Source of the DNA: Candidatus Levyibacteriota bacterium
Lineage (GTDB): Bacteria > Patescibacteriota > Microgenomatia > Levybacterales > GWA1-39-11
Assembly (NCBI GenBank): GCA_018062815.1
Contig: JAGORM010000001.1
Span: forward strand, 16,301 to 80,300
Direction: 5' to 3'
Length of the DNA stretch: 64,000 bases
Shown piece after piece: positions 41,603 through 51,909 of the stretch. Under the pieces are notes generated by a model. That model was not told where the DNA came from, searched no databases, and saw nothing but the letters and a program-made list of their open reading frames with translations. Within the stretch, counting starts at the first letter, position 1. The number at the start of each line of letters is the position of its first letter. The position numbers and the translations under genes are program-made.

Positions 41603-43456
41603 TTATAAAAATGGTGGTGCCCCATTTTCTATTATTTCTGTATTATTATCTAACACTTCTTGTGGTAATTCAAAGATGAATCTTGAAACGGAATTTGTTA
41701 CTCTCTGACCAAAGAAAAGGCGCCTTTTAGCAAATGTTAAATAAAGTTTTTCTTTAGCACGCGTAATTCCTACATATGCAAGTCGTCTTTCTTCCTCAAT
41801 GCTTTCAGACTCTAAAATTGACTGGGCGTGTGGAAAAAGTCCCTCTTCCATTCCTATTAAGAAAACCATTTTAAATTCTAGCCCTTTTGCAGAATGGATG
41901 GTCATTAAGGTGATTGCATTTTTTTCCGCATTTTTATCTTTCGTCTCCGGAACGTATTCTTGTTCAACCAGTGCAATATTCTCTAAAAAGTCAACAATGT
42001 TTGGAAATTCTATAGCAACTGATCTTAATTCTTTTATGTTCTCGAGTCTACTTCTGTCTTCCGGGTCAGTATCATCATACATTTTTAAGTAATTTGTATA
42101 GGATAAAACCTCATCTAATATATCAATGGTTGGTGCATCATCAATCTTTTTAAGAGCTAAAAAATTTTCAAGATATGTTGTAAATAGGCCCAGTCTTTTT
42201 TTGCCAAGTTTTTCAATTCTTTTATGTGCTACTTTATCCTTTTGATTTACAAGAAATGATAGAAATGAAATTGCATCCTTCACTTCTTTTCTTGAATAAA
42301 ATCTTGTTCCGCCCACAAGAACGTATGGAATGCTGTGATGAAGAAATGTTTCTTCAAGGGCGCGGGATTGTGCATTCGTTCGGTATAGAACCGCCACATC
42401 TTTTAGATTAAACTGGGTATCAGATGCTCTTTTCTGAAGTACTTTTTGAATGATAAATTCCGCTTCATTATGTTCACTGTCAGCTAAAAATAATTCTATG
42501 CTTTCCCCGACTTTTTTATTTGTCCAGAGCGACAGCACCGGATGACTGGTGTTGTGTGATATAACTGAAAAAGCTGCGTCAAGAATCGGTTGTGTTGATC
42601 TATAATTTTGTGATAAAGATAATTCTTTCGCTTCTGGAAAGTCTATCTTAAATCTTTCTAGATTTTTATAGTCTGCTCCTCTGAATGAATAAATGCTTTG
42701 GGAGAAATCTCCTACGATGCATATATTTCTGTATTTGCCTGATAGGAACTTAGTTAAAAGATATTGTGCAGGATTTGTATCCTGGTATTCATCTACTAAT
42801 ATATATAAAAACTGGTTTTGGTATATGGATAAAATGTCTAAATTGTTTTTAAATAGTTCTATCGTCTTGAGCATTAAATCATCAAAGTCTACAGCGTCTT
42901 GTTCTTGAAGTAATTTTTGATACACAGCGTATATTGCAGCGACTCCTTTTTGAAAATTTCCACGCGCTATTGAGGCATAGGTTTCAGGATCAATCATTTG
43001 GTTTTTAGCATCAGAGATGGTATGAAGCGCACTTTTTGGCTTAATATCTTTTGGCGAATAATCCAAGATTTCAAAAGCCTGTTTGATAACATCTAACTGG
43101 TCTTCAGTATCATATATACGAAAGGCGTGCGACAATGAAACATTCTTGCCGTATTTTCTTAATATCCTTGCGCACAGTGAATGAAAAGTTCCGACAATAG
43201 GTAAATTACTATTGTGCAAATGACTAGCCATGGCTGATTTGATTCTTTCTTTCATTTCAGATGCAGCCTTATTTGTGAAGGTAACCATAAGAATATTTTC
43301 ACCTTTAATGTTTTTTTCCTGCATAAGATATAGTACCTTGTGGATAAGAACCCGTGTCTTTCCGGATCCAGCACCTGCGAGTACTATAAGTGGTCCGTCA
43401 GTTGTTGTGACTGCGTTTCTTTGTTCGGAGTTTAATGTATTGAGAATGTCTTGCAT
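41603..43456 (-). CDS. pcrA: ATP-dependent DNA helicase, UvrD/PcrA/Rep family
   Basis: LNSEQRNAVTTTDGPLIVLAGAGSGKTRVL and later helicase motifs (VDEYQDTN, TIHSAKGLEF, YVGITRAK). Confidence 0.85.
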   Translation of the reverse strand: MQDILNTLNSEQRNAVTTTDGPLIVLAGAGSGKTRVLIHKVLYLMQEKNIKGENILMVTFTNKAASEMKERIKSAMASHLHNSNLPIVGTFHSLCARILRKYGKNVSLSHAFRIYDTEDQLDVIKQAFEILDYSPKDIKPKSALHTISDAKNQMIDPETYASIARGNFQKGVAAIYAVYQKLLQEQDAVDFDDLMLKTIELFKNNLDILSIYQNQFLYILVDEYQDTNPAQYLLTKFLSGKYRNICIVGDFSQSIYSFRGADYKNLERFKIDFPEAKELSLSQNYRSTQPILDAAFSVISHNTSHPVLSLWTNKKVGESIELFLADSEHNEAEFIIQKVLQKRASDTQFNLKDVAVLYRTNAQSRALEETFLHHSIPYVLVGGTRFYSRKEVKDAISFLSFLVNQKDKVAHKRIEKLGKKRLGLFTTYLENFLALKKIDDAPTIDILDEVLSYTNYLKMYDDTDPEDRSRLENIKELRSVAIEFPNIVDFLENIALVEQEYVPETKDKNAEKNAITLMTIHSAKGLEFKMVFLIGMEEGLFPHAQSILESESIEEERRLAYVGITRAKEKLYLTFAKRRLFFGQRVTNSVSRFIFELPQEVLDNNTEIIENGAPPFL

Positions 43457-43509
43457 ATTGCTATAATGGAGTATTCCCTATCATATGGGAATACTATTCT
43501 AACTGCAAT

Positions 43510-44187
43510 ATGGAGAAAAAACGAATAATTGCGAATTGGAAATCATATAAGACGGCAGAGGAAACTGTTCTTTTTCTTGATTCACTTAAGGCTGCATGGG
43601 ACGAGCTACCAATGCAGAATAAGGAAATAATAATTCTCCCTTCATATATGTCTTTGTCAACTGCGTATGTATACAAAGAGACAGAGGGTTTACCTATTTT
43701 TATTGGTGCGCAAGATATTTCAACATATGATGAAGGACCATACACAGGTGAAGTAAGCGGAAGACAAATTTCGGAGTTCTGTCAGTTTGTTCTTATAAAT
43801 CACTCAGAAAGAAGAAGATATAACCATGAGGGTGATCAGGAGGCAAGAGCAAAAGTTATTCAAGCACAGAAATACAATTTAACGCCTTTGTATTGTGTTC
43901 AGGATGAACAGGCTGCAGTACCGGATAATATTTCTGAAATTGTATATGAGCCTCCATCTGCAATTTCCACCTTCCAACAAGGCGCGAAAGTACAAGATTC
44001 AGCAGAAATTGAAAGGGTTTTCAGTGTTTTGGGAAAGCGTTATCCGCAGGCAAATCTATATTATGGCGGGAGTGTTGATTCGGAAAGTATTAAAAGTCTG
44101 GTTCTCTTACCTCACATCACAGGGTTCTTGGTAGGAAGCGCAAGCTTGAACCCTGAAAGTTTTGCAAAAATATTAATGGCATGGTAG
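43510..44187 (+). CDS. tpiA: Triosephosphate isomerase
   Basis: IANWKSY, INHSERR, YEPPSAIST and YGGSV motifs, compared with NWKMN/GHSERR/EPVWAIGTG/YGGSV. Confidence 0.8.
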   Translation: MEKKRIIANWKSYKTAEETVLFLDSLKAAWDELPMQNKEIIILPSYMSLSTAYVYKETEGLPIFIGAQDISTYDEGPYTGEVSGRQISEFCQFVLINHSERRRYNHEGDQEARAKVIQAQKYNLTPLYCVQDEQAAVPDNISEIVYEPPSAISTFQQGAKVQDSAEIERVFSVLGKRYPQANLYYGGSVDSESIKSLVLLPHITGFLVGSASLNPESFAKILMAW

Positions 44188-45323
44188 TAAATAAAAAAAT
44201 AGCAATTGGCGTAGGTCTTTTTATCTTAATCATTTTTCTATTGGTTCTATTCAAGGCAATGCCCATATTTTGGGGAGTTTTTATTGATAAAAAAATAAGC
44301 GTTAAGAAAAGTGATAATGGAAACATAAATATATTATTGTTAGGTATTGGAGGAGCAAAGCATGATGGGCCAGATTTAACTGATACAATTATTTTGGCGA
44401 GTATAAATCCTCAAAAAAATATTGTTCACCTTGTTTCTATACCTCGGGATTTATATGTAGATAGTCTACAAACCAAGATAAATGCAGCGTATGCAAATGG
44501 TCAAGAAAAAGGGGGGAAAGGCATATTGCTTGCACGTTCAACTGTTGCTTCAATAACAGGCATAAGGCCGGACTATGTATTTGTACTAGATTTTTCTGGA
44601 TTCATAAAATTAGTGGATTTGATAGGCGGTATTGATGTGCAGGTTGAAAACACTTTAGATGATTATGCCTATCCTGAAGAGGGAAAAGAAAATGAATTAT
44701 GTGGGACAACGGATGATGGGCTCGCGTCTTTTTCTGCGCAAATTGCAACAGGAAGTGCGACAGAGTTTGATTTATTCCCTTGTAGGTTTTTTCACTTGCA
44801 TGTGCCTTTAGGGCTTCAGCATATGGATGGTGAATTAGCGTTAAAATTTGTGCGCTCAAGACATGCCTTAGGAAAAGAAGGGTCGGACTTTGCAAGAAGC
44901 AAGCGGCAACAGTTAGTTATAAACGCGGTGAGAGACAAAATATTATCTCTTGGAACACTAGCAAATCCGGTTAAGTTGATCGGGATAATTGGAATACTTG
45001 GGGATAATATACATACTGATATCCCGGAAGGGCAATTTGATGATTTTATAAAGCTTGCACAGAAAATGAAGGGAGCAAAAATTGAAAGTACAGTAATAGA
45101 TGAAGGAGATTTAGCGCAAGAAAGGTATGGTCTACTAATGAATCCTCCGACTAAAGACTATAGAGGGCAGTGGGTCTTAATTCCAAGAATAGGCAGCGGT
45201 AATTATTCAGAAATAAAAACCTATCTTGCATGCGTTATGAAAGGTGGGAATTGCCAAATCACAAAAGATACTGTTGAGGTTGGGAGAGTATTTCCAAGTG
45301 TGTCTCCAAGTGCTAGTCAATAA
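44181..45323 (+). CDS. LytR-CpsA-Psr (LCP) family cell-wall polymer transferase
   Basis: N-terminal TM. LLLGIGGAKHDGPDLTDTIILASINPQKNIVHLVSIPRDLYV is the LCP core. Confidence 0.75.
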   Translation: MVVNKKIAIGVGLFILIIFLLVLFKAMPIFWGVFIDKKISVKKSDNGNINILLLGIGGAKHDGPDLTDTIILASINPQKNIVHLVSIPRDLYVDSLQTKINAAYANGQEKGGKGILLARSTVASITGIRPDYVFVLDFSGFIKLVDLIGGIDVQVENTLDDYAYPEEGKENELCGTTDDGLASFSAQIATGSATEFDLFPCRFFHLHVPLGLQHMDGELALKFVRSRHALGKEGSDFARSKRQQLVINAVRDKILSLGTLANPVKLIGIIGILGDNIHTDIPEGQFDDFIKLAQKMKGAKIESTVIDEGDLAQERYGLLMNPPTKDYRGQWVLIPRIGSGNYSEIKTYLACVMKGGNCQITKDTVEVGRVFPSVSPSASQ

Positions 45324-47514
45324 TCTTATAGATAATGGTTTTCCCGTCTTTGCTTTGGAAAACACTTTGACCTAGAAAGTTAAAGTTATTGGTATTTAGT
45401 TTTGGGTATTTCCTTCTTTCAAGTTCTCCGACAACTACATATGATATTTTATATTTACTAATGATTTGTCTTGCGTCTTCCATGTTTCCTTCATAGGCTT
45501 TCCGAATTTCCTCAATTCTAGGTTGAGGAATATCGTATGTTCCGCGCCATAACCATTCATGTACCGTCCATCCTAAAATAGTTGGAAGACCGGTGTTTGC
45601 TGATATTCTTGCAAAGTCAGTGTAAGAATCTCCTTGAGCTTCTAAAACAACCGGTTGTCCCTTAACATTTTTTTGCAAAAAGTCTATTGCTTCAAGATCT
45701 CCTGGATATAAACTCCTCAAATATTTAGTTCCATCCAAGCCTGAGTAGGTTTTAAGATCGCCATAGTATGATTTTATAGCAAAGTAAGGATAGATCAGAA
45801 CAAGAGTGAGCAATAAAAGACTGCAAAGTGTAAAAAATATTTTTAATATTTTTTTCCGAGTAGATATTAGAATAAAAATAATTATGTAGCTACTCGTAAT
45901 TCCTAGCATGATAAATGATTGATATACAAGTTTAAACATGGTGTTTGCGCGATAATGTTGAGGGTAAATATCTTTAGCATAAAGTATCTCAGGAAGAATG
46001 ATTAATAGAGTGGACAGGAGAATTAGTATTAGAATAAAAAGATTACTGCGTCCCGCATCTTCAGAAAATGACAAATAAGAAAAATACTTCCACCTATTTT
46101 TAAGTTGCTTATGAGTTTTTTTTGCAAAAAACAAAAAAACAAAAAAAACAAATGCGAAGAAATAGAAAAATCCATAGAGAATTAACAGCTGATATGCAGG
46201 GGATTGTTGACAATGGTCTGCTTCAAATAGAAGTGGACCGATTTTCTGCAAATTAGGAAATATTTTAGAGACACATAAAACTCCGATTCCTGAGACAAAG
46301 GGTTTAAAAAAAAGACTAAACGGAATGGTAAACACTATGTATAGCAATATGGTTATTCCCACTTCTATTATTAGATTTTCAAACGCCAACTTAGCTCCCA
46401 GAACCTTTTTAATAGGAAAAAAATGTTTTGTTTTTTTAAACTCTATTTTAATATGCGTAAGACAAAGAGTCAGAAATACAAAAAACGTAAGCAACAGATA
46501 GATAATTCCATCCCATACATTTGTCATATACATAATAGCGAGTAAAAAAGATAAAAATACAACTTGTGATTTAAATAATTTTTTTGAGCTAATGATGCTA
46601 TATAGTAAGGCAATTATAGTAAGCACAAAAGGGATATCTGCCACATGTCCGTGAAGGTCTGATACGACAAAAGAATAAAGCGGGAATTCATGGATAGTAA
46701 AAGGAATAAATCTGGTAGCATTTGGATACCAGTAGCTATTTGGAAATAAATTTGGGGTAAATGATAAAAGCCATGGAGGAACAGGATTCTCTCCTTTGTA
46801 GGCCACAAAAAATGCATAAAGTGTATGTAGATTTCCGGAGAGTGATATTAGTGTTCCTCCTAATATCCCTCCAAGAATTGAGATCCTCTTACCATATTTA
46901 GAAAACATGCTATATAAAATTGAGAAACCTCCAGTGAAGGTAAATGCGAAAAGTGTTGCGATCATAAGGTTATAGCTTACGCTTGAAGGAATTCCTGATA
47001 GTCGTGTTAATACCGCGGTTGCTAGATGCCCGAAAAAGTAATAGTTGATAGGTAGGGGAGTGAGCCAGATGTCTTTTGGCGGAAAGTAGTTTGTACGCAA
47101 TATAGAATTGACAAAGCCATAATCCATAAACTTCTCAAGCCCGTGGATGCTGGGTTCATGCGCGCGAATATATGCCCAAGCTATAATACACAAAAAGAAA
47201 ATTAATTCCTGAAAGACGATAATGCCTGAATTTTTTAATAAAAAAAAATGAGAAGATTTTTTAAATATTATAAAATTTATTATTCCTGAGACACCCATGA
47301 GAATGAGAAGTGAATATAAGTGGAACGGTAATATGTGAAGCGTTCCCAGGAGAAGTGAAGCGTAAGACAAGATACCAATTCCTATTATTTTAGAAAAAAT
47401 ATAATATCTATTTTTAGTATCCTGAAATAAGTATTTGGTGAGGGGGAAAAAAGTTATTCCTATAATAAAAAGAGTTACCCACCACCACAAGACAAAAAAT
47501 AAATCCTGAATCAT
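45313..47514 (-). CDS. Large polytopic membrane protein with a C-terminal extracytoplasmic domain (DUF2298/YYY-type putative glycosyltransferase)
   Basis: At least 14 predicted TM helices followed by about 150 aa of soluble C-terminus; co-oriented and overlapping with downstream GT-like genes. Confidence 0.35.
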   Translation of the reverse strand: MIQDLFFVLWWWVTLFIIGITFFPLTKYLFQDTKNRYYIFSKIIGIGILSYASLLLGTLHILPFHLYSLLILMGVSGIINFIIFKKSSHFFLLKNSGIIVFQELIFFLCIIAWAYIRAHEPSIHGLEKFMDYGFVNSILRTNYFPPKDIWLTPLPINYYFFGHLATAVLTRLSGIPSSVSYNLMIATLFAFTFTGGFSILYSMFSKYGKRISILGGILGGTLISLSGNLHTLYAFFVAYKGENPVPPWLLSFTPNLFPNSYWYPNATRFIPFTIHEFPLYSFVVSDLHGHVADIPFVLTIIALLYSIISSKKLFKSQVVFLSFLLAIMYMTNVWDGIIYLLLTFFVFLTLCLTHIKIEFKKTKHFFPIKKVLGAKLAFENLIIEVGITILLYIVFTIPFSLFFKPFVSGIGVLCVSKIFPNLQKIGPLLFEADHCQQSPAYQLLILYGFFYFFAFVFFVFLFFAKKTHKQLKNRWKYFSYLSFSEDAGRSNLFILILILLSTLLIILPEILYAKDIYPQHYRANTMFKLVYQSFIMLGITSSYIIIFILISTRKKILKIFFTLCSLLLLTLVLIYPYFAIKSYYGDLKTYSGLDGTKYLRSLYPGDLEAIDFLQKNVKGQPVVLEAQGDSYTDFARISANTGLPTILGWTVHEWLWRGTYDIPQPRIEEIRKAYEGNMEDARQIISKYKISYVVVGELERRKYPKLNTNNFNFLGQSVFQSKDGKTIIYKIID

Positions 47515-47564
47515 AATCTATGAAAGTATTCTACAGTGTCAACTGTTTTAAATGCAAGCTTACA

Positions 47565-48956
47565 TCACCAGTTAACGTTAGGAGATGTAAGGCAATGTGC
47601 CGCGCTACCCAGACCTGAAACTCTCATAGTGATAAGGTCGTTTTTAGGATCTGGGAATAGATCTTTACAGAGTCTCCAGGGGGCTGCATCATGATTGGTC
47701 GCATAACCTTTTATTATTTTTGTTCGCAGCTTGCCCCCTTTTATAAATTGAAGATTGTATACCACCCCATCATTTCCGGAGATTGTATTTGCCATTGAGT
47801 AGATGTTTTGCCCCAGAAGATCTGTTTTTCCCCAAAGGGAGGACGCAAATGGATCTGGGGAGATAAACAAACTTATAAGGCTGACTGAGAAAACTATAGT
47901 AACAAGTATTCTTTCAATAATAATAGTTTTAAGCTTTTGGATGCTTACAGAAAACCACAAGATAAGAAAAGGAATTATAGGTAGAGCGTAGCGCGGTATT
48001 GTGAATGTTTGTAGTGACAAAACTGAAATAAAATACAAAAAGCAAAAAAGAGCAATCGTTATTATAGCTTTAGATTTTTGATTAGGAGCAATTAATTGGT
48101 TAATAAATTTTGTTCTATCTACTTTATTAGAGAAAAATACAAAGGTGAGTATTATGCTGCTACCGATCATTATCCAGTTTGAGTTTAGGAACAGTAATTG
48201 AAGTAGCTGCTGATGGGCATACCCGTTTATAATTTGTAGAGTTATTATATTGTGAAAGACAGTGTAGAAAGTTCCTCTATCAGCAGTACTAGTAAACAGA
48301 TAGTCCTTCCACGAGCTCTTGCCTAGTGAGTGTAGAAAATATTGCCATAATCCATATGCTGCAAAAGCGGCAATATAGGGCATAAGGGTACGAATTCTTT
48401 TTTGAGAATAAATAATATCTACGGCAAGCAGAATAATAACGAATAAGATGCCTGTCTCTTTGGTTAATACGATTGCGATTAGAGACAAGGTGTATAGAAA
48501 TAATTTATTGTTCAAAAATAATGCAAGACTTATTAATATAAGATTGGTAAGAATATAGTCAGTTAAGCTGAAAATTCCACTTGAAATAAACAAAGGGTTT
48601 ATAGAGAGAAAAGTTACAAACAGGCTCGCAGTTTTTGTGTTGCTTAATTTTTTTGAAGTAATAAATCCTCCAATAATTCCTCCAAATCCTAAAATATAAC
48701 CCAGAAGAGCTGGAAACTCCGGATGTACTCCAAAGATTTGATATAGCATAGAAAGTGTAAAGACCTTTAATGGCGGATGTGCCGAGTTAAAATGTAGAAA
48801 AAATTTATCATACCCTCCTTGAAAGAAATAATAAGATTGTACAAAGTCTATATTGCCGTCTCGTAGGGGTAGAGTTGTGATAAATGGTAGGAAAAGAGTA
48901 CTAAATAAAATTAGCGAGACGAATAACCACACATTTTTTCTAATAAAATCATTCAT
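47565..48956 (-). CDS. Polytopic membrane protein, GT39/ArnT-like glycosyltransferase candidate
   Basis: At least 10 TM helices; position in an operon of GT39-like genes. Confidence 0.35.
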   Translation of the reverse strand: MNDFIRKNVWLFVSLILFSTLFLPFITTLPLRDGNIDFVQSYYFFQGGYDKFFLHFNSAHPPLKVFTLSMLYQIFGVHPEFPALLGYILGFGGIIGGFITSKKLSNTKTASLFVTFLSINPLFISSGIFSLTDYILTNLILISLALFLNNKLFLYTLSLIAIVLTKETGILFVIILLAVDIIYSQKRIRTLMPYIAAFAAYGLWQYFLHSLGKSSWKDYLFTSTADRGTFYTVFHNIITLQIINGYAHQQLLQLLFLNSNWIMIGSSIILTFVFFSNKVDRTKFINQLIAPNQKSKAIITIALFCFLYFISVLSLQTFTIPRYALPIIPFLILWFSVSIQKLKTIIIERILVTIVFSVSLISLFISPDPFASSLWGKTDLLGQNIYSMANTISGNDGVVYNLQFIKGGKLRTKIIKGYATNHDAAPWRLCKDLFPDPKNDLITMRVSGLGSAAHCLTSPNVNW

Positions 48957-48960
48957 CTAG

Positions 48961-50610
48961 TTAGTTATTAGCAGAGATTATTCTATTTAACTCTTCATAC
49001 GATAAATGTTTAGTATTTTTAAAAATAATTATTTTAGGGTGGTCGTAGACTTGAAACGACTCTTCTGATGCATCATCGTTTATTTCTATCCCAAGAAAAG
49101 AAGGGTATGAGGAGAACTCCGCAACTTTTGTATATCCTAATTTTTCCGCAAAAAGATATCTATAATACCTACTTGTTACAGGATAATTCTCTGTTAGATA
49201 AATAAGTGATCCATGAAGTCGTCTTGTTGTAAGGCTTATATAATCGGCAGATGCGAGCATATTGGCCAGATACTCTGCCTTATTATTAAACTCATTGTCA
49301 TAGATCGTAAGTTGTTCAGTTTTAAAAAACATATTTTTTCCTGGAATATATATAGGAAGTCCGTCATCCCAATGCTCTGTTAATACTAATTCGCCAGATT
49401 TAATATTTTCAAGCATCCAAAGAGACGCAGTATAGCGTGTTTGAGGTTTTGAGTAGACTGACATATACGAAAGAGCCCAAATAGCACTAGTTGTCAGAAA
49501 TATGAAAAGTATTATTCTCCCGAGAATTTTATATCTTTTTATAAAAATAGAAAGAGCAAACGCAGCATAAAGAGAGAAAAATGGTAAGAGAGGAGTCATG
49601 TATCGTATGAATTTTGCGTGCCATGAGGCAGCATACAGAAAATAAATAATGGGAAATATAAGAATAAAAAGATATGATGCCTTCCTTTTTTTAAAAGTAA
49701 AATATAAAACAAAGCCAAGCCCTAAGAGTGATAGAGCAAAAACTGGTCCCATTTGCCAAAACAAGTTATATAGTTCATACAAATAAGATATTGTTTTATC
49801 AAATTGATGGGTATATGGAACGATTACCCTTCCGGTTGCGACCCCTGTTTCATAATTCATTGATTGTAAAAATTTATGATAGGACAAAAAAGTGTATGGT
49901 GAGAACAGAAAGAAAATAGTAATAGTAAGTGCGAAAAAAAACACTGGTTTAAAAATAAAAGAAATAATATTTTTCCCCTTGGTTTTAAAGTCTATAAGTA
50001 AAAGACTTAAAAAGGGAATCATTAAAAAAGACAAAGCAGTTGTTTTTGCGGCAATTCCTAATCCAGAAGTGACAGCAAGAGCTGCAAGTAAAAAGGATCG
50101 AGGTTTTTCATAATAACACAAGGAGAGATAAGTAAGAAGAGTTACTATCAGAATGATAAAACTTTCGGTTGTTGCAAAATGTGCAATTTGTATGGACGAA
50201 ACGGTAAACGTGAAAATAAAACTTGCAATAATTCCTGTTATTTTATTAAACACCTTTTTCCCAAGTAAAAATATAACTAAAATAGTAAGAGTGGAAAAAA
50301 AAGCAGAAAAGGTTCTTCCAATCTGGTTTATATGCCCCCAGTCAGAAGTCCAAACACTTGTTTGATATACGGTATTCATCATTTCTCCACTCACTTTATA
50401 TAGGTATATTGGTAGACCTCCGTAGGCGAAAAAATCAGGGTCAAGTTGTGATACAAAATTAATTTTTGTAACAGCATTATCAATATTTCGCTCATCTGGG
50501 TGAAAGACTTGATAATTATCCCAATTTGCATTGTAGAAACGCAGGTAACCACCTAAGAGAATAATGAATACTACAAAAAATAACTGATAGTGTTTCTTTA
50601 GAAATTTCAT
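48961..50610 (-). CDS. GT39/PMT_2-family (ArnT / protein O-mannosyltransferase-like) membrane glycosyltransferase
   Basis: TM1 followed by the loop YNANWDNYQVFHPDERN (the DE-type catalytic loop of GT-C PMT/ArnT enzymes); many TM helices. Confidence 0.5.
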   Translation of the reverse strand: MKFLKKHYQLFFVVFIILLGGYLRFYNANWDNYQVFHPDERNIDNAVTKINFVSQLDPDFFAYGGLPIYLYKVSGEMMNTVYQTSVWTSDWGHINQIGRTFSAFFSTLTILVIFLLGKKVFNKITGIIASFIFTFTVSSIQIAHFATTESFIILIVTLLTYLSLCYYEKPRSFLLAALAVTSGLGIAAKTTALSFLMIPFLSLLLIDFKTKGKNIISFIFKPVFFFALTITIFFLFSPYTFLSYHKFLQSMNYETGVATGRVIVPYTHQFDKTISYLYELYNLFWQMGPVFALSLLGLGFVLYFTFKKRKASYLFILIFPIIYFLYAASWHAKFIRYMTPLLPFFSLYAAFALSIFIKRYKILGRIILFIFLTTSAIWALSYMSVYSKPQTRYTASLWMLENIKSGELVLTEHWDDGLPIYIPGKNMFFKTEQLTIYDNEFNNKAEYLANMLASADYISLTTRRLHGSLIYLTENYPVTSRYYRYLFAEKLGYTKVAEFSSYPSFLGIEINDDASEESFQVYDHPKIIIFKNTKHLSYEELNRIISANN

Positions 50611-51887
50611 GAAGAAGACAGGAGATTGGCAATTTTTTGCCCTAACTCTACGGCATAGTTCGTGCCCCTATCCCATGGGTATACCTGTTCAATATTTGCA
50701 AGATACACGTTTTTTAAAGGTGTATGAAATGAAGGTATTAGCTTGGAATAGTTTGGTGGAACAATAGGTTGTGCAAATGGGGCGCGAAAAACTTTAAAAG
50801 AAATAACATCGTTGCCATAATTTGGATTAATTTTTGAAAGCCAAGGATCGTACAGTTTTAATAAATCATTCTCATTTAATGAAAATCTTGGATCTGATGT
50901 TTCCATATAGTTTCCGACATAGACTAAATGCTCATTGTTATAGTGTTTCTTGTCCATGAAATTAGTATGTTCAACTATCGCCAAAATGGGCGATTTTATG
51001 TCACACATAGATAGCCAATATGTTCCCTCTGAAAAGAACGGGTTTTTTAACCGTAAGACTAAATTCATTGCTGCTATTCCCTTGAGCTTTCCAAGCGAAT
51101 CTTTATAGTTTTCGGGAAGTTGATTGGCAATTTTTTTAAATAAAAATGAGGGTGTAGTAACAATTATAGAATCAAATTTTTTTATATATTCTTTTCCGTT
51201 TGTTATATATTTTATGGTAGTATCATCATCTGATGAGATATTAGTTACCTCTGTTTTAAAATGAAATGTGCCTCCTTTTTTTTCTATTACATTTTGCAGG
51301 TGGGTTGCAAATTCCAAAAATCCTCCTTCAGGGTATGCTAAATTTGGTGTGCGTTTATATACACGTGCCCAAAACCAGGCAAGAGAAACAGATTTTGCAT
51401 ATTTTCCAAGCTTATTATCCATGAGCGGTTTCCATAGCATTTCATATGCTGTATTTCCCATCGTTTTCTTTAGATATGGTTCTGCCCTATAACGTTCAAG
51501 CGGTTTCCATAATGGGTTATATCTTAAAAGCGCCAAAGAGATTCCCATACGGAATCTATTAATGATATTAAGTTTTGGAAATTTTAAAACTGAAAGAGGA
51601 GAATCAAGTTGATATATATCGTTCTCTACAAAAGAACATGTAATTGGGCGTTTAACAATAACCTTGTGGTTAATCTCCTTCGCCAAAGCTAAAACACTTT
51701 TATCATTTGTGAACCAGTGATGATAGTGGTACTCAAGTGACCAGTTCCAAGCCCTTTCTTTATAGCCGATTGCTAGCCCGCCAGGCTTAGTGTCCAATTC
51801 AAAGACAGTAACGGAGTGTCCCTTTTTTGATAAATAATATGCGGCAGATAACCCGGTGAATCCAGAACCTACAATTGCAATATTCAT
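50607..51887 (-). CDS. FAD/NAD(P)-binding oxidoreductase (amine-oxidase/desaturase-like)
   Basis: MNIAIVGSGFTGLSAAYYLSKKGHSVTVFELDTKPGG is a Rossmann GxGxxG dinucleotide-binding N-terminus. Confidence 0.6.
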   Translation of the reverse strand: MNIAIVGSGFTGLSAAYYLSKKGHSVTVFELDTKPGGLAIGYKERAWNWSLEYHYHHWFTNDKSVLALAKEINHKVIVKRPITCSFVENDIYQLDSPLSVLKFPKLNIINRFRMGISLALLRYNPLWKPLERYRAEPYLKKTMGNTAYEMLWKPLMDNKLGKYAKSVSLAWFWARVYKRTPNLAYPEGGFLEFATHLQNVIEKKGGTFHFKTEVTNISSDDDTTIKYITNGKEYIKKFDSIIVTTPSFLFKKIANQLPENYKDSLGKLKGIAAMNLVLRLKNPFFSEGTYWLSMCDIKSPILAIVEHTNFMDKKHYNNEHLVYVGNYMETSDPRFSLNENDLLKLYDPWLSKINPNYGNDVISFKVFRAPFAQPIVPPNYSKLIPSFHTPLKNVYLANIEQVYPWDRGTNYAVELGQKIANLLSSS

Positions 51888-51909
51888 AAATAAAATTGAG
51901 AGAGACTGT